In this document: one piece after another, positions 13,524-25,933 of the stretch
How the letters are laid out: each line of letters starts with the position of its first letter
Numbering within the stretch: the stretch's first letter is position 1
Source: Batkoa obscura
Lineage: Eukaryota
DNA length: 64,000 bases
Direction: 5' to 3'
Assembly: GCA_030770535.1 (NCBI GenBank)
Contig: JASVEC010000027.1
Span: 496,001 to 560,000, forward strand
Position numbers and translations under genes: made by a program
The notes under the pieces: generated by a model
Database searches by the model: none
What the model was told of the DNA's origin: nothing
The model's input: the letters and a program-made list of their open reading frames with translations, nothing else

Positions 13524-14902
13524 TCTAATAAAAATTTGATATTTTTAAAGAATTGATAACATTTATTATTATTCAAATATAATTTTTTTTCACAAGAAAC
13601 TCCATACTAGTTTAATTTTAAGAAATCAACTTTAGATCCTTAGATTTAGACAACGGTAAATTAAGTAGGCCAATTAATCACTGCCCAGAGAAATTTATTA
13701 ATGAACTAATTATAAACTGTAATATTAGCTTAGTTAGAAATTATATTATATAAAAGTAATGGCTGATCATCAATGTATCTCTTGATATGATAACCAAACA
13801 TAATTGTTTTGTTTGTGGTGCTTTCATCAATTGACTTTGATTATTCTCACCTATTAATAGCTTTTTACTAAAAATTGATTTGAAACATTATGTGCTACTA
13901 ATACCTCTTGTAATCATACTTACAGGAAATATAATAGTTTAGTTCGTAAGCAGCATCAGTTAATCCTATGTAGTAGAGGTTTCTTCAGGTTATGATTAGT
14001 AATAGATGTCACTAGTAGTAATCTTAAGGCTTTATAAAAGATCGGTCTAAATAGCTATTTAGTACGAATTCATTAAAGCTATCATATATCATACATTTTT
14101 ACTTATCCTTTAGATTCTTAATTACTAAAACATGTCAATTACTTGTCAAATAGTTTATTAAATAATAATCTCCAAAGTAGAAGAAGATAATGGAAGCATG
14201 CGCTGCAATAAAAGTATAATCACACTAACATCAAACAAAACAATAAAATAGTAAAGAGTATAATATTATTCTGCTCAATTAGTTATTAAAGTTTACTTTA
14301 TTATAATGAGTTTAATTATAAAAAAATACACTCCACAGTATGATTTCAATAAAAAAAGTTTAAAGCGAATATTACTTAATAAAAAATAGTTTTGTTTTAT
14401 GAGACTATTAATTAATATACTATTTGTTAATCTTTAACGCAAAACTTTAACTTCAACCCAGTCACTGAATGGGCTTTAATTGCAGTATTAATTGTATAGT
14501 ATTGCTGGTTTTTGAATAATTTTTCATATTATATCATAGACTAGAGATTATATTTAATATCGGTGTAGGCTAGGTTTTACATTTGATTTAAAAGTACAAA
14601 ATTCAAATATTAAATATGTTTAAAACTTATGTGGTAAATACATATATATACTAAAAACAAATGTTATAAACAATTTCTTTTATCATATTCTGCTATTTAG
14701 ATAATAATAGTTGTAGGTCTTATAACATCTTCATAAGGATTATTTCCAAAATATTATAAGATCAACGTTGAATTTTAAGTTAACTTATTATTTATTATGT
14801 TTTTTTAATTTTATCTAAAGTACTTTTTTAAGTACCTTCATAACACAAAGCTGTTTTTAAATATATATGTATTTAAAATAATTTAGGATAAAGAAATAAA
14901 AT

Positions 14903-15004
14903 ATGGGGTGTTTTTTTTGGCTTCATTACTTTTTCCATCTTTTAAGCGCTATTTGAGTGAAAAAATTGTTAGTGAAATTCTTGAACACAAAAATATATCC
15001 CCAT
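14903..15004 (-). mobile_element. MITE family A copy
   Basis: atggggtgtttt...aagcgctatttgag...atccccat. Confidence 0.88.
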
Positions 15005-15059
15005 ATGTTTACTCAAATAAGGGGATAAAAAAGCATTAGTAAAATAAAAGGCTCGCTTT

Positions 15060-15126
15060 ACAATTTTTCCACTCAAATAGCGCTTAAAAGATGGAAAAAG
15101 TAATGAAGCCAAAAAAACATCCTCAT
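15060..15126 (+). mobile_element. MITE family A, truncated copy
   Basis: ccactcaaatagcgctt...aacatcctcat; left end missing. Confidence 0.8.
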
Positions 15127-15458
15127 ATTACTATCATTAAAGGCAGTAAAATTAAATAAAAGAGTTATCTTGTAATAGACTAATGAATAAATAAATAAAC
15201 CATTATTATTATATTAAAGATTTAATAATAAGGAATGAGGTACATTGTGGTTGAAAAATTATAATAATAACCGAAATCAACTCCTTTCGTTAAAAACCAA
15301 TCTCCGGGTAGTAAAGTAGGTTTTATTGATCAATTTAGTATAGCTATATCATCACTTTTTATTATTTTAACAACTTATCTTAATAAATAAGTTATAACTA
15401 GAGATACGATAACTTTTTAATTGAATTGAAATCAAGTTGAGTAATTATTTATATCCCA

Positions 15459-15557
15459 TCATTATAAAACATTATATGGTGATGTATTTTTTTGTTTAAG
15501 ATTGTTAGTAAAATTTTTAAACAAAAAAATACATCACCATATAATGTTTTATAATGA
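15459..15557. repeat. Perfect hairpin (41-bp arms, 17-nt loop) built from a MITE end plus flank
   Basis: 15459-15499 is the exact reverse complement of 15517-15557. Confidence 0.9.
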
Positions 15558-16022
15558 CAACTATTAAATCGCAAATGAAACAATCTTCAATGTGTAATGT
15601 AAAGTAATATTATTTTCAGACTAGTCTTTGTTATACTACGTATAGAATAAAGGATAAGAGATGTAAAAGCAGTCAACAGTCAAAAGTAATTTTGATTAAA
15701 AGACTATTTACTAATGATGACTATTAAGATTACTTAAATAGAAATATGATGTATAAAATGTCTATGGCTGATTGTGAAAATAAGAGATGTAATAAGGATA
15801 TATTTTCCTTTAATAATAAGTACATTTTTTCAATTAAGCAATTATTACAATTTAGAATTAGTTTATTATTGAGAATCATCACATGATAATAAGCTAGATT
15901 ATAAGTTTATAGTCATCAATCCTAAAAGTATAAAGTTTGGCAAATTTCAAATTGATTTTCGGGTATTTTTGAGAAAAATATAACAAACAATCAAACTGTT
16001 TGACATGTATGCTTTTATTAAT

Positions 16023-16227
16023 TTAAAGCTTATTAATAGTCTTTTTAATCGAATTTCTAACTGTCTTTTTGGTAGCATCATGATATATCTAAGCAGCTCC
16101 ACCTGAGTATTGTGGAATTAGACGATCTGGTAACACTGGTACTTTTGAATCTACCCTTGTAGCGTCTATAACTGCTCCATTGATTTTACGTCCAGCTATA
16201 TCTACGGCTACTTCTCCAGCTTTTTTA
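16023..16227 (-). pseudogene. 5'-truncated inverted fragment of peptide copy 4
   Basis: Reverse complement of 16693-16897; lacks signal peptide and start codon. Confidence 0.85.
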
Positions 16228-16618
16228 GATTAGTTTAATTTAAAAGCAAACAAGTATTTTTGACTTAGTAAATTATAAAAACTACAAAAGCTACTAAATA
16301 ACAATACAAAAACATTTTTTTGTTTCAGGTGTTGGATTGATGTTTGTATTTTTTGCATTATATAAAAAAAGACATCACCATATTAATATTTTTTAATAAA
16401 CTTATTCCATTCTAGTAAAAATAAAAATAAAAGTAAAAATAAAAATACAATTTCTAATTAGTCCCTGCATTTTTAGTTCTTATTTCAACTTGAAAATACT
16501 TTCCTAAAAAAGGTCTAAGGTTTTCAAAAAAAGTATATAAAATACCCAATTTCTAGTAAATAAAAATATTAAACAGTTGATATAATATTTAATAACTTTA
16601 ACCAATAATAAAAGAATC

Positions 16619-16897
16619 ATGTTTAAATTCTTCTTAGTCTTACTCTTATCATTATATCTCGTTAGTGGCTCCGCAATAGTTAAAGAAGTCATTAAAAAAG
16701 CTGGAGAAGTAGCCGTAGATATAGCTGGACGTAAAATCAATGGAGCAGTTATAGACGCTACAAGGGTAGATTCAAAAGTACCAGTGTTACCAGATCGTCT
16801 AATTCCACAATACTCAGGTGGAGCTGCTTAGATATATCATGATGCTACCAAAAAGACAGTTAGAAATTCGATTAAAAAGACTATTAATAAGCTTTAA
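16619..16897 (+). pseudogene. Secreted cationic peptide family, copy 4, with premature TAG at 16829-16831 (70-aa truncated product)
   Basis: The frame continues after the TAG as IYHDATKKTVRNSIKKTINKL*, the family C-terminus. Confidence 0.85.
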
Positions 16898-18316
16898 ATT
16901 AATAAAAGCATACATGTCAAACAGTTTGATTGTTTGTTATATTTTTCTCAAAAATACCCGAAAATCAATTTGAAATTTGCCAAACTTTATACTTTTAGGA
17001 TTGATGACTATAAACTTATAATCTAGCTTATTATCATGTGATGATTCTCAATAATAAACTAATTCTAAATTGTAATAATTGCTTAATTGAAAAAATGTAC
17101 TTATTATTAAAGGAAAATATATCCTTATTACATCTCTTATTTTCACAATCAGCCATAGACATTTTATACATCATATTTCTATTTAAGTAATCTTAATAGT
17201 CATCATTAGTAAATAGTCTTTTAATCAAAATTACTTTTGACTGTTGACTGCTTTTACATCTTTCTTACCTACTCCTGCAGGTAATAAAATATACTGATCT
17301 ATAGGTAATGTTAGTTTGATTTTGAAGTAAAGGTAGTTTTTATTTACGATTTAATAATTTTCGTGTCAGCAGTAGTCTTAAAAGTTTATAAAGAATGTTG
17401 TACATATAGCCATTTGATTTGAGTTCGAATTATTATAGTTATTATACCTCCTTTATAGTTTATTTACTGATTATTTAAATGAAAATTTTGATTGTTGAAT
17501 TTATTGTTAATTAATGACTTACACGGGTTAACTGAAAGTAATGGGTTCACAGCCAGCAATAAAAAGTAAAACCATAATATTCTAAAATGAAATAACAAAA
17601 TAATAGGATGCAATTGTTATAATCAACGTTTGGTAAGGTCTATTTTATTATTATTTAAAAATAATATTTACCGAAAATTATTGATTTCAATTATGATTCT
17701 ACTTTTTTGACCAAATTTCACTTTCCTTATTTGTCAACTTTTTAATATAACTATAAAAATGAATATTATATCGTATAAATTGAATCTTGATAGAAAATAG
17801 AAATCATTTTAACAAAACAATACATCAGCTAAAGAATTTGATTTTACCTTACAAAACAACTATGTAAATAAGCAGTTTTATCAATACTTGCTTTATAAGT
17901 CATATATCATTAATTTAACCTTTTTTGAATTTTTGCTAACTTTAGTAGCCAATTTTGCTATAAAAGATCATATACAAATATTAATAAAGTAATAATTGTT
18001 TTATATAATTATCTTGTAGCCACCTTAAACTTCTTATCATTATTTAAGGTTTTTATATCCCTATCCAGAGAGGGAAGTGTTTTATTTATGTATAAGAAAA
18101 AAACCGGAAAAGGGTCTGTTGCTACATATACCAGCCAAAACCTTAAACTAGATCAGGAAAAAGAAAAAGAAAAAGAAATAAGAAGGAACACTAATAATTT
18201 TAAAGTACTGAGCATAGTCGCTTTACAGTTCAAATACTAGTTAGTAGTTAGTAGTCAACACTTTGGATCCAAGGGCTAAAAGAAACTGACTCAAATATTT
18301 TTTATCTTTAAAAGAT

Positions 18317-18415
18317 TTGGGATGTATTTTTTTGTTTAATTTTACTAACAGCCTTTCCACTCAAATAACGCTTAAAAAATGCAAAAAGCGATGGAACCAA
18401 AAAAAAATACCTCGA
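18317..18415 (+). mobile_element. MITE family A copy (degenerate)
   Basis: tgggatgtattt...ccactcaaataacgctt...aaatacctc. Confidence 0.8.
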
Positions 18416-19237
18416 TTTATTTAACAGAGAAGAGGGCAGGGTAAGCCCTTTTTTAAATTAAAGCTTTCCATTATTTAATGGCTACTTTAATTGGCAAGAT
18501 TATTTTAGCTAGGTTGTAATTTAGTTCTTTGAAATGGTAATGTATGACCTAAATGGCAGGACTAGCTATGAGTAGAAGAGTCGCTCTGATAACAAAAGGA
18601 AAGTGTCTTAATAAAGGAGAAGGAAAGCGAAATTTAAACGTACTGGATAATTGTCACTTGCCTATTTACTTATCTCATGACTATATATTCATAGTTTTAT
18701 CAATAATTTTATTGATTGCATTGTAAGCACTTAAACTGTTATTTTTAATTTTTTAAATATTATTGTTATAATCAAAAGCTTTCTATTTCAATAGTCTAAT
18801 AAAAATTGGAATAAAATAAAACAAAAGCTAGTAGATTTTCATTTTTATGAGCTTATAAAACGAAATAACATAAAGCAATTTATATTACTTTAAATATTTT
18901 ATATTATATAAATAAAACTTGATATTGTAAATATTTTTTCTCATTTCAATAGTTTGTTCCTTTTATAAGCACTTAGAATTTGAATAAGTGAGAATAAAGA
19001 ATATTATTATTTCCGAAGGTCATATTATTAATTCCGTAGACAATTAATTGAATTTTATTGTTAAAGTAACAAAAATAATATAAAAATAACTCAAAAAATA
19101 TCTTGATTTCATATATTGAATATTCATTGTCATTTATTAATATTGAGAATTTAGGCTTTACAATTACTATAGAAAGTAAATAAAAAAAGCAGTCATTGAC
19201 GTTTATTAATAATTTTAATAAAATATTTCTTAACGAT

Positions 19238-19339
19238 ATGGGGATGTATTTTTGTGTTCAAGGATTATACTACCAATTTTTCCACTCAAATAGCGCTTAA
19301 AAGATGGAAAAAGTGATGAAGTAAAAAAAACACCCTCAT
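19238..19339 (+). mobile_element. MITE family A copy, ~55 nt upstream of the copy 5 TATA box
   Basis: atggggatgt...ccactcaaatagcgctt...caccctcat. Confidence 0.88.
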
Positions 19340-19475
19340 GTATTAAAATCTTTTATAAAATAACTACATTACAATAAAGATACAAACAAAAGGTATAAAA
19401 AGCATTCGATCCACAACAAAAATACGTACATAGTTGTTATAACATTTAATATATATAGTTAATACATACTGAAAT

Positions 19476-19754
19476 ATGTATAAATTTTACTTATTCTTCC
19501 TCTTATTCTTATACTTTGTTACTGGTTCTGGATTAATCAGAGCAATTGTTAAATTAAGCACTGATGTATTCAAAGATTTAGCTCATCTTTCCGCTGTTGG
19601 TATACTGGAATATTAAATGTCAAAACAAAAAGTGGATACATCTTATATTAAAGTACCACTACCACCAACAAAGTTAGTTGTTGAGTTGTTTAATAAAGCT
19701 CAAAAGGCTAGATTTGGAAAGAGATGGATCAAAAAGATTGCTAATAGCTTTTAA
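19476..19754 (+). pseudogene. Secreted cationic peptide family, copy 5 (nonsense TAA at 19614-19616); not in the ORF track
   Basis: MYKFYLFFLLFLYFVTGSGLIRAIVKLSTDVFKDLAHLSAVGILEY*MSKQK...ARFGKRWIKKIANSF*; the stop replaces the Gln codon seen in paralogs. Confidence 0.9.
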
Positions 19755-20879
19755 TTAATAAAATCATTAAGTTTTTAACACTTTTACTCATATTTTTGTA
19801 TTGATGTTAATAAATGTTATTGTTATCATTTATTACTTGAAAATTGAAATAAATCTCTAGAATTAAACGATCTAACAATAGGCAACTTAAGGCAGTTACT
19901 ATCTAATGGGTAGGACAATAAAGCTATATTGAGATCTACTTTCAATTAAATTTGAATTACTTATTGTATTTTGAAAAACCAAATCTAGTACACCTTCGAT
20001 TAGTATGGCCAAAAATAAATAAAAATTTATGTTATTTTAATAACAAATTTTGATGGCTTTCGTTAACTAACACCCTTCGATTAAATTGATTCGAGTTATT
20101 GAACACTTGTAAATCTCTCATTACCTATCCTACAGGTAATGTAATAAGCTGATTTATAAGTGAAATCCGCTTATATTGTAAGTGGGCTAGTCTTATTGTA
20201 CTACGGTCAATAACCGTCATTATAGATATAACCTCAAGGCTTTTTAAAGGATGACATAAAAATTATTTATTTTAATCAAATCCTTTAAAGGGTTGCTATA
20301 TCTAGTGCATTTTTATCTCTTATTATAATTTACTTATTAGTTGTTAACAGAAAAAAAGCTTATTAGATAGATTTTTTTCCTTGAAAGGAATTAGTCCCAA
20401 GTGCTTCGTTAGCTAGAATAGAGGTATAGATACTAAAATCATATGATTTAGAGGCTATATCATTCAATGGTACCATTCTCAAAGTATAGGAGGTATAAAA
20501 AGAGAGTCCAAACATTTAGTATCCTTGTAATATTGAGGAAGATAGAATGGAAATCACTTCGGCTATAATGTCATGAACGCTTTTCATTGAAGGGAGAGAG
20601 CTATTGAATTGAAAGGGAGTATTGAAGAAGGCAATTGAATAGGTTGAAGGGAGGCAAAGCTTTTTATTATTATATCTCATTATAGATTTTCTAAATTGAA
20701 ACCATATGAAGTAATAATAATTTTTTTATTATACTTATAAAAAGATAGTAATGTAAAAGGGGTTGTATTATTTGAATATTTATTATTATTATTATAAAAA
20801 TTGATGTATGAAGATTTCTTTTTGTTTGATATTATGGCCATTTTTTAGATAGTTTAGGATTTGGAAATATTAATAATAA

Positions 20880-20976
20880 ATGGGGGTGTATTTTTGTGTT
20901 CAAGAATTTACTATCTTTTCGCTCAAATAGCACTTAAAAAATGGAAAAAGTAATGAAACCAAAAAAACATCATCAA
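20880..20976 (+). mobile_element. MITE family A copy
   Basis: atgggggtgtatt...cgctcaaatagcactt...aacatcatc. Confidence 0.82.
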
Positions 20977-21413
20977 ATCTTTAAAAACATGTCCATATGT
21001 TATTATAAAAGTGAAATGATAGTAATGAAGGTGAAATAATAGTAAAAATAGATGAATAAGTTTATTGGTTCAGTAGATTATTTATTAAATTATATAGCCA
21101 GTGCGATTGAACAATACAAAAGTAAATAGCTTTAAAGAAATAAATCGGTTTCATAAATTAAGGGCCCATAGTTATTTATAGATGTTTTAAAGGTAAAGTA
21201 GACAATTACTATAAAAAGTAAATAAAAAATATTTGTTAATAGTATATCAATAGCTTCAATAAAATAATTCTTTATATTGTGTTAATATTTCTAAATAAAT
21301 AGCTCTTAACAGTATATTATTGAAAATAAAAGGTATAAAAAGCATTCAATTCACAGTAAAAAAAAATACACAATTAACATAAATAATAGTTACCAGTCAA
21401 TACATCCTATAAT

Positions 21414-21776
21414 ATGTTCAACTTCTATCTATTCTTTCTGTTATCTTTATACTTTGTTACTGGTTCTGGGTTAATCAGAGCAGGTGTTAAATTAGGCACA
21501 GAGGTAGCTAAAGATTTAGCTCATCGTTACGTTGTTGGTAAAATGGAAGATCAAGTACCAAAAGCAAAAACAGATGTATCAAACATTAAAGTACCGCCAC
21601 CACCAACAAAGCAAGGTATTGAAAACTTCAATAAGATCAAGAATGGTTCTCTTGGGAGAAGATGGATTAAAAAGATCACTAGTAGATTTCAGCATAATAA
21701 AAATTCGATATTTTTTATAAACGTATACCGTATTTTATATTGCTTTATAGTCGTTATTTATTACAAAATACTTTAA
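21414..21776 (+). CDS. Secreted cationic peptide family, copy 6 (stop-loss, 28-aa hydrophobic extension)
   Basis: The family stop position is CAG (21690-21692); the ORF runs through the AATAAA found in the 3' UTR of paralogs. Confidence 0.8.
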   Translation: MFNFYLFFLLSLYFVTGSGLIRAGVKLGTEVAKDLAHRYVVGKMEDQVPKAKTDVSNIKVPPPPTKQGIENFNKIKNGSLGRRWIKKITSRFQHNKNSIFFINVYRILYCFIVVIYYKIL

Positions 21777-23403
21777 AGTATGATTTTATTGCATTAAATT
21801 TGGTATTAAAACTTTAGATTAAAAAGCTATAAAGCCAGCTTAATTAAAAAAGCATTTTGTATGATTCCAAAACCCGATCCCATATACATCTCCCATTATG
21901 AAAATCAAATGTAAATATTTTATTTACAATGCTTTGGCTAATTAATATTGGTTATTTTCATTGACTAATAATCTTCAAGTTGAAAAAAACTCAGATTAGA
22001 AAATATTTTTAAATTTCCTATGACTGATTGTACAAGAACATAATAAAACGATTTATAAGAAATATAGATAGTTTATAAAGTGGAGACTGTTTTAAGTTAT
22101 TATTGATCATTGGTGTTGCTGGTATTGACCTTAGTTTTTTTAAAAGATAAGTTTAAACTGGCCACTTGATCTAATTTGTATACTTTAAGAACTTATTGTA
22201 GCTAGCGCACTTTTGCCTCTTTTCATGGCTTGTTTACCAATAGCTATATACAACTACTTATCAGATATTTTAGTAAATAATGACTTACAGAACTCAGCCA
22301 AAGGAGATAGAATTATGGGCTGGAATTAAAAATATAAATGTACTATTTAAAGATAAAATAAATAGCAGATAAAGAGTTCCACTTAGTAAAAAATAAATTC
22401 AGTTTTTGATTATAGTTTTGGCTGTTAACTTTAAAATCACTTTCCATATTCATCAACTTTTTAATACAATTACAAAAATGTATATTGTATGATATAAAAT
22501 TGAATTTTGATAAATAACGGAAATTATTTAAAAAAGTAATACATCAACTAAAGGGTTTGATTTTACCTTATAAAATTGTTTTATAAGAAATTCATTTTAT
22601 CAGTACTTACTTTTGAATTACTTACATTAAATGTACCTTTTTTCGAAATTTTACAAACTCTAGTAGTAACAATTTAATTTTTTAGAACAAATAATAAATA
22701 TATATTAATAAAGGAATGAACATTTTAAATAGCTGCTTTATAGCTAGTTTAGAATTCCTATCAATACTGATGATTTTGCTTATAAAATTGATTAGAAATG
22801 TTATAAACATTTAAGTTGTTATAGTTGAAATATTACAATGCAACAATATTCGACATTGTTTTTTTAAAACATTATAATAATAAAATTAGGAACTAACGTA
22901 TAAAAATCCCAATCAACGGAATGGCTTTTAATCTCTTCTATTTTACCCTTAATTATTTTTTATTGTAACCATAATTCAAATCATAAATTTCTTTTATTAA
23001 AACTTTTATTAACAACCTCTCTATACCTTCCCCGGGTGCTGTTCCTTTTATTACATTTATGATATAGACATCATAAATTGGGACAAAAGTGCTAATTTTG
23101 TCGAACTTGATTAGAAGCCGACACAGAAGAATTTAAGTTATTATCTGCTGTCTAATCACTTTCTCCTGATGGTTCTTAGTCTTGCTCTCCCTTCAACTCA
23201 AAGCTTTCCTGTTTTTATCTTTATTTTATAAACACTTTGCGAGTTCATCCTCTTTTAAGATGCTTTTGAAAAAAACAAGAATACCTTTTTCTATTTCAGT
23301 ATTTTGTCTATGTTTTAAGTAGCTTAAAATTCGAAGCTATTATTAGTAAGGTTCCTAAATAAAAAACAGTGATAGGTCAAATTATTAAGTACAAAACAAA
23401 GAT

Positions 23404-23503
23404 ATGGTGTTTTTTTTGGTTTCATCACTTCTTCCATTTTTTAAGCGCTATTTGAGCAGAAAGATTGTTAATAAAACTTTCAAATATAAAAATACATCCC
23501 CAT
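23404..23503 (-). mobile_element. MITE family A copy
   Basis: atggtgtttt...aagcgctatttgagc...atacatccccat. Confidence 0.85.
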
Positions 23504-23935
23504 ATATAAAATCAACGGTTTTATTTATTTCGGAAAATTATTAACTAGATTTTATATTAGAAAAAAATATAAACGTTAATTACTTGAAATTTTTTTTACT
23601 TTCATAAATTAAGTATTCATAGTTATTTATAAATATTTAAGGTAAACTAGACGATTTCTATAAAAGGTAAATTAAAAACAATTCTCAATAGTGCATTAAT
23701 ATCTCTAACATAGTAGTCATTAATAGTACATCAATATTTTCAATTAAATAATTCTTAACAATGGATTAATATTTATCATAAAATGATTCTTGATAATATA
23801 TTAAAATAACTCTTAACAGTATATTAATAAAATTATAAAGTATAAGAAGCATCCGAATTAAAAAAATAAAAGTATCAAACAATTCATATAATTCATATAA
23901 TTAATATAGTTAATATTAATTGACATTAACCAAAT

Positions 23936-24211
23936 ATGTTCAAATTCTTTTTATTCTTCCTCTTATGCATCTGTTTTGTCACTGTTTCCAGGGTACTTTA
24001 AATATTAGGCAAATTAGCGGTAGGAGTAGCTCAAGAAGTAGGTAGTAATTTAGTCCAAGGTAAATATAATGCTCAAATTCAACAATATATCCCGCAGCTT
24101 TTAAAAGTTCAAGCACAACCTTTACCACCGGCTAATCCTGCTCTTTTAAAAGGAACTAAGAAATGATCTTTTGGAAAAAGATGAATTTAAAAGATTTCTA
24201 ATAGCAATTAA
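23936..24211 (+). pseudogene. Secreted cationic peptide family, copy 7 (four in-frame stops); not in the ORF track
   Basis: MFKFFLFFLLCICFVTVSRVL*ILGKLAVGVAQEVGSNLVQGK...KK*SFGKR*I*KISNSN*; the TATA box reads TATAAGAA. Confidence 0.88.
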
Positions 24212-25383
24212 TAAAAATTAGATATCCTTATTAATTTTAATTAACCTCATACTTTTTTCATATGTTTAGTTTTTTATTACATAGTTTTTTTGATAATCAA
24301 CTTTTAAGTTCTTTACGTTAAACAGCCTTATACTTGATAATTTAAAGTAGTTACTATTTGATAAACATATCAGTATATTTATACTGGGTCCTACTATTAA
24401 CCTAATAAAAGCAACAATTTAGTTTAAAAAGAATATTGCCACAAGCACACTTTTGATTACCATAAGCTAAAATAACTTATACTAATAAAATTTATAGTAA
24501 TTAGATTTTGATGTTTTTCTCAAATAATAATTATTTGATTGAAATTGGTTTGGATTATTAATTACTTTTAAATTCCTTATGCGTAATTCTATAGATAAAA
24601 TAATAGTTTGACTCCAAGAAATACTAATGCATTTCGTAAATGTGGAGGGTGCTTGGAGCTACGATTGATAAATGTCAATAAATTTAGTGTTTTAAAGATT
24701 TACAAAAGATAATAAATAAAGAATTGCCTATCAGATAGATTCACAAAATAGCTTAGTAATTTACTTGAGAAAAAACAAAGGGTTTTTTATTGCAACAGTA
24801 ATTTTTATTTTTAAACTACTTAATCAAGGATTTTTTCAATTAGAATTTGTTTTATTTAAAAAGTAGTAAACATTATAGCAAAAACAATATCCTGTTGTAA
24901 TTACATACCCTTTTGATTTTAAACAAAAAAATACATCATTATATTAAAGTTTAGGAAATTAATAAAACTAATCAATATATCAAACTATAAGCCATAAAAA
25001 AAAACTAGATAGATAAAATCTCGGATTTCATTATTTCCGAAGGTCATTTATTAAATTTATAACCAAAGTAATAAAAACAATACAAAGATGAACGTTTTAG
25101 AAAAAATCTTATCTTCCTGTACTAAACATTCATAATCATCTATTAATATTAAAAAGGTAAATTTTATAATTACTATACAAAGTAGATAAAAAAGCAGTTA
25201 TTAATATTTATTAATATTTTTAATAAAATACTTCTTAAGAGTATATTAAACCTTTAATAAAACAATTCCATGCTATTGAAAAGGAAAAGAAAAAGAAAAA
25301 GTATAAAAAGAGCTCAATTCACAATTGAAATATCATACAACTAATATAATATAATATAATTATCAGCTAATCTATACAACAAT

Positions 25384-25710
25384 ATGTTTAAATTCTTTTT
25401 ATTCTTTCTCTTATCCTTATACCTTGTTACTGGTGCATCGCTAGCTAGAGCAGGTGCTAAAATAGGTACTGATATAGCCATGGATTTAGCTCATCGTTAT
25501 GTGGTTGACAAAGCAACTGAAAAAGCAAACCAAAAAATATCAGATTTTAAACAAAGCTTACCTAAACCAAAACAAACTTTACCAACAACTGTTACTGGTA
25601 TGATTCTTAAAGCAAAGCAGGATGGTCCAGGACCTCTTCCTGCCTATTTTGATAAGTTTATTAAAAAAAAGGCAAGAAGTTGGATTAAAGAGATTGTTAA
25701 TAGCATTTAA
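25384..25710 (+). CDS. Secreted cationic peptide family, copy 8 (intact, 108 aa)
   Basis: Signal peptide, DLAHRYVVDK, KKKARSWIKEIVNSI. Confidence 0.9.
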   Translation: MFKFFLFFLLSLYLVTGASLARAGAKIGTDIAMDLAHRYVVDKATEKANQKISDFKQSLPKPKQTLPTTVTGMILKAKQDGPGPLPAYFDKFIKKKARSWIKEIVNSI

Positions 25711-25835
25711 ATGAATAAAAGTTTGCTATTTTTATTAATTTTGGTTATATTTTGTATTTCTTTAGTGAATTTTTATTATTATAAGAGACTAAAAGCTGAT
25801 ACCTATTTTTAGGCCTATATTGCTTTATACTCGAT

Positions 25836-25933
25836 AAGGGGGTGTTTTTTTTGGCTTCATCACTTTTTCCTTCTTTTAAGCATTATTTAAAAAAAATTCT
25901 TAGTAAAATTGTTAAACATAAATATATCCTCAT
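25836..25933 (-). mobile_element. MITE family A copy (degenerate)
   Basis: gggggtgttttttttggcttcatcac...atatcctcat. Confidence 0.8.

Larger units (their letters stand above)
15659..17261. repeat. Long inverted duplication: 569-bp arms 15659-16227 and 16693-17261, 465-bp spacer
   Basis: Arms read as reverse complements with no indel (both end pairs sum to 32920); they contain most of peptide copy 4 and its 3' flank. Confidence 0.92.

Noticed and set aside
16829..24190. Alternative genetic code (TAA/TAG read as Gln), suggested by in-frame stops in peptide copies
   Set aside because: Conserved genes in the window end normally at TAA, TAG or TGA and the 7.4-kb NF1 exon has no internal stops; copy 7 also carries TGA stops
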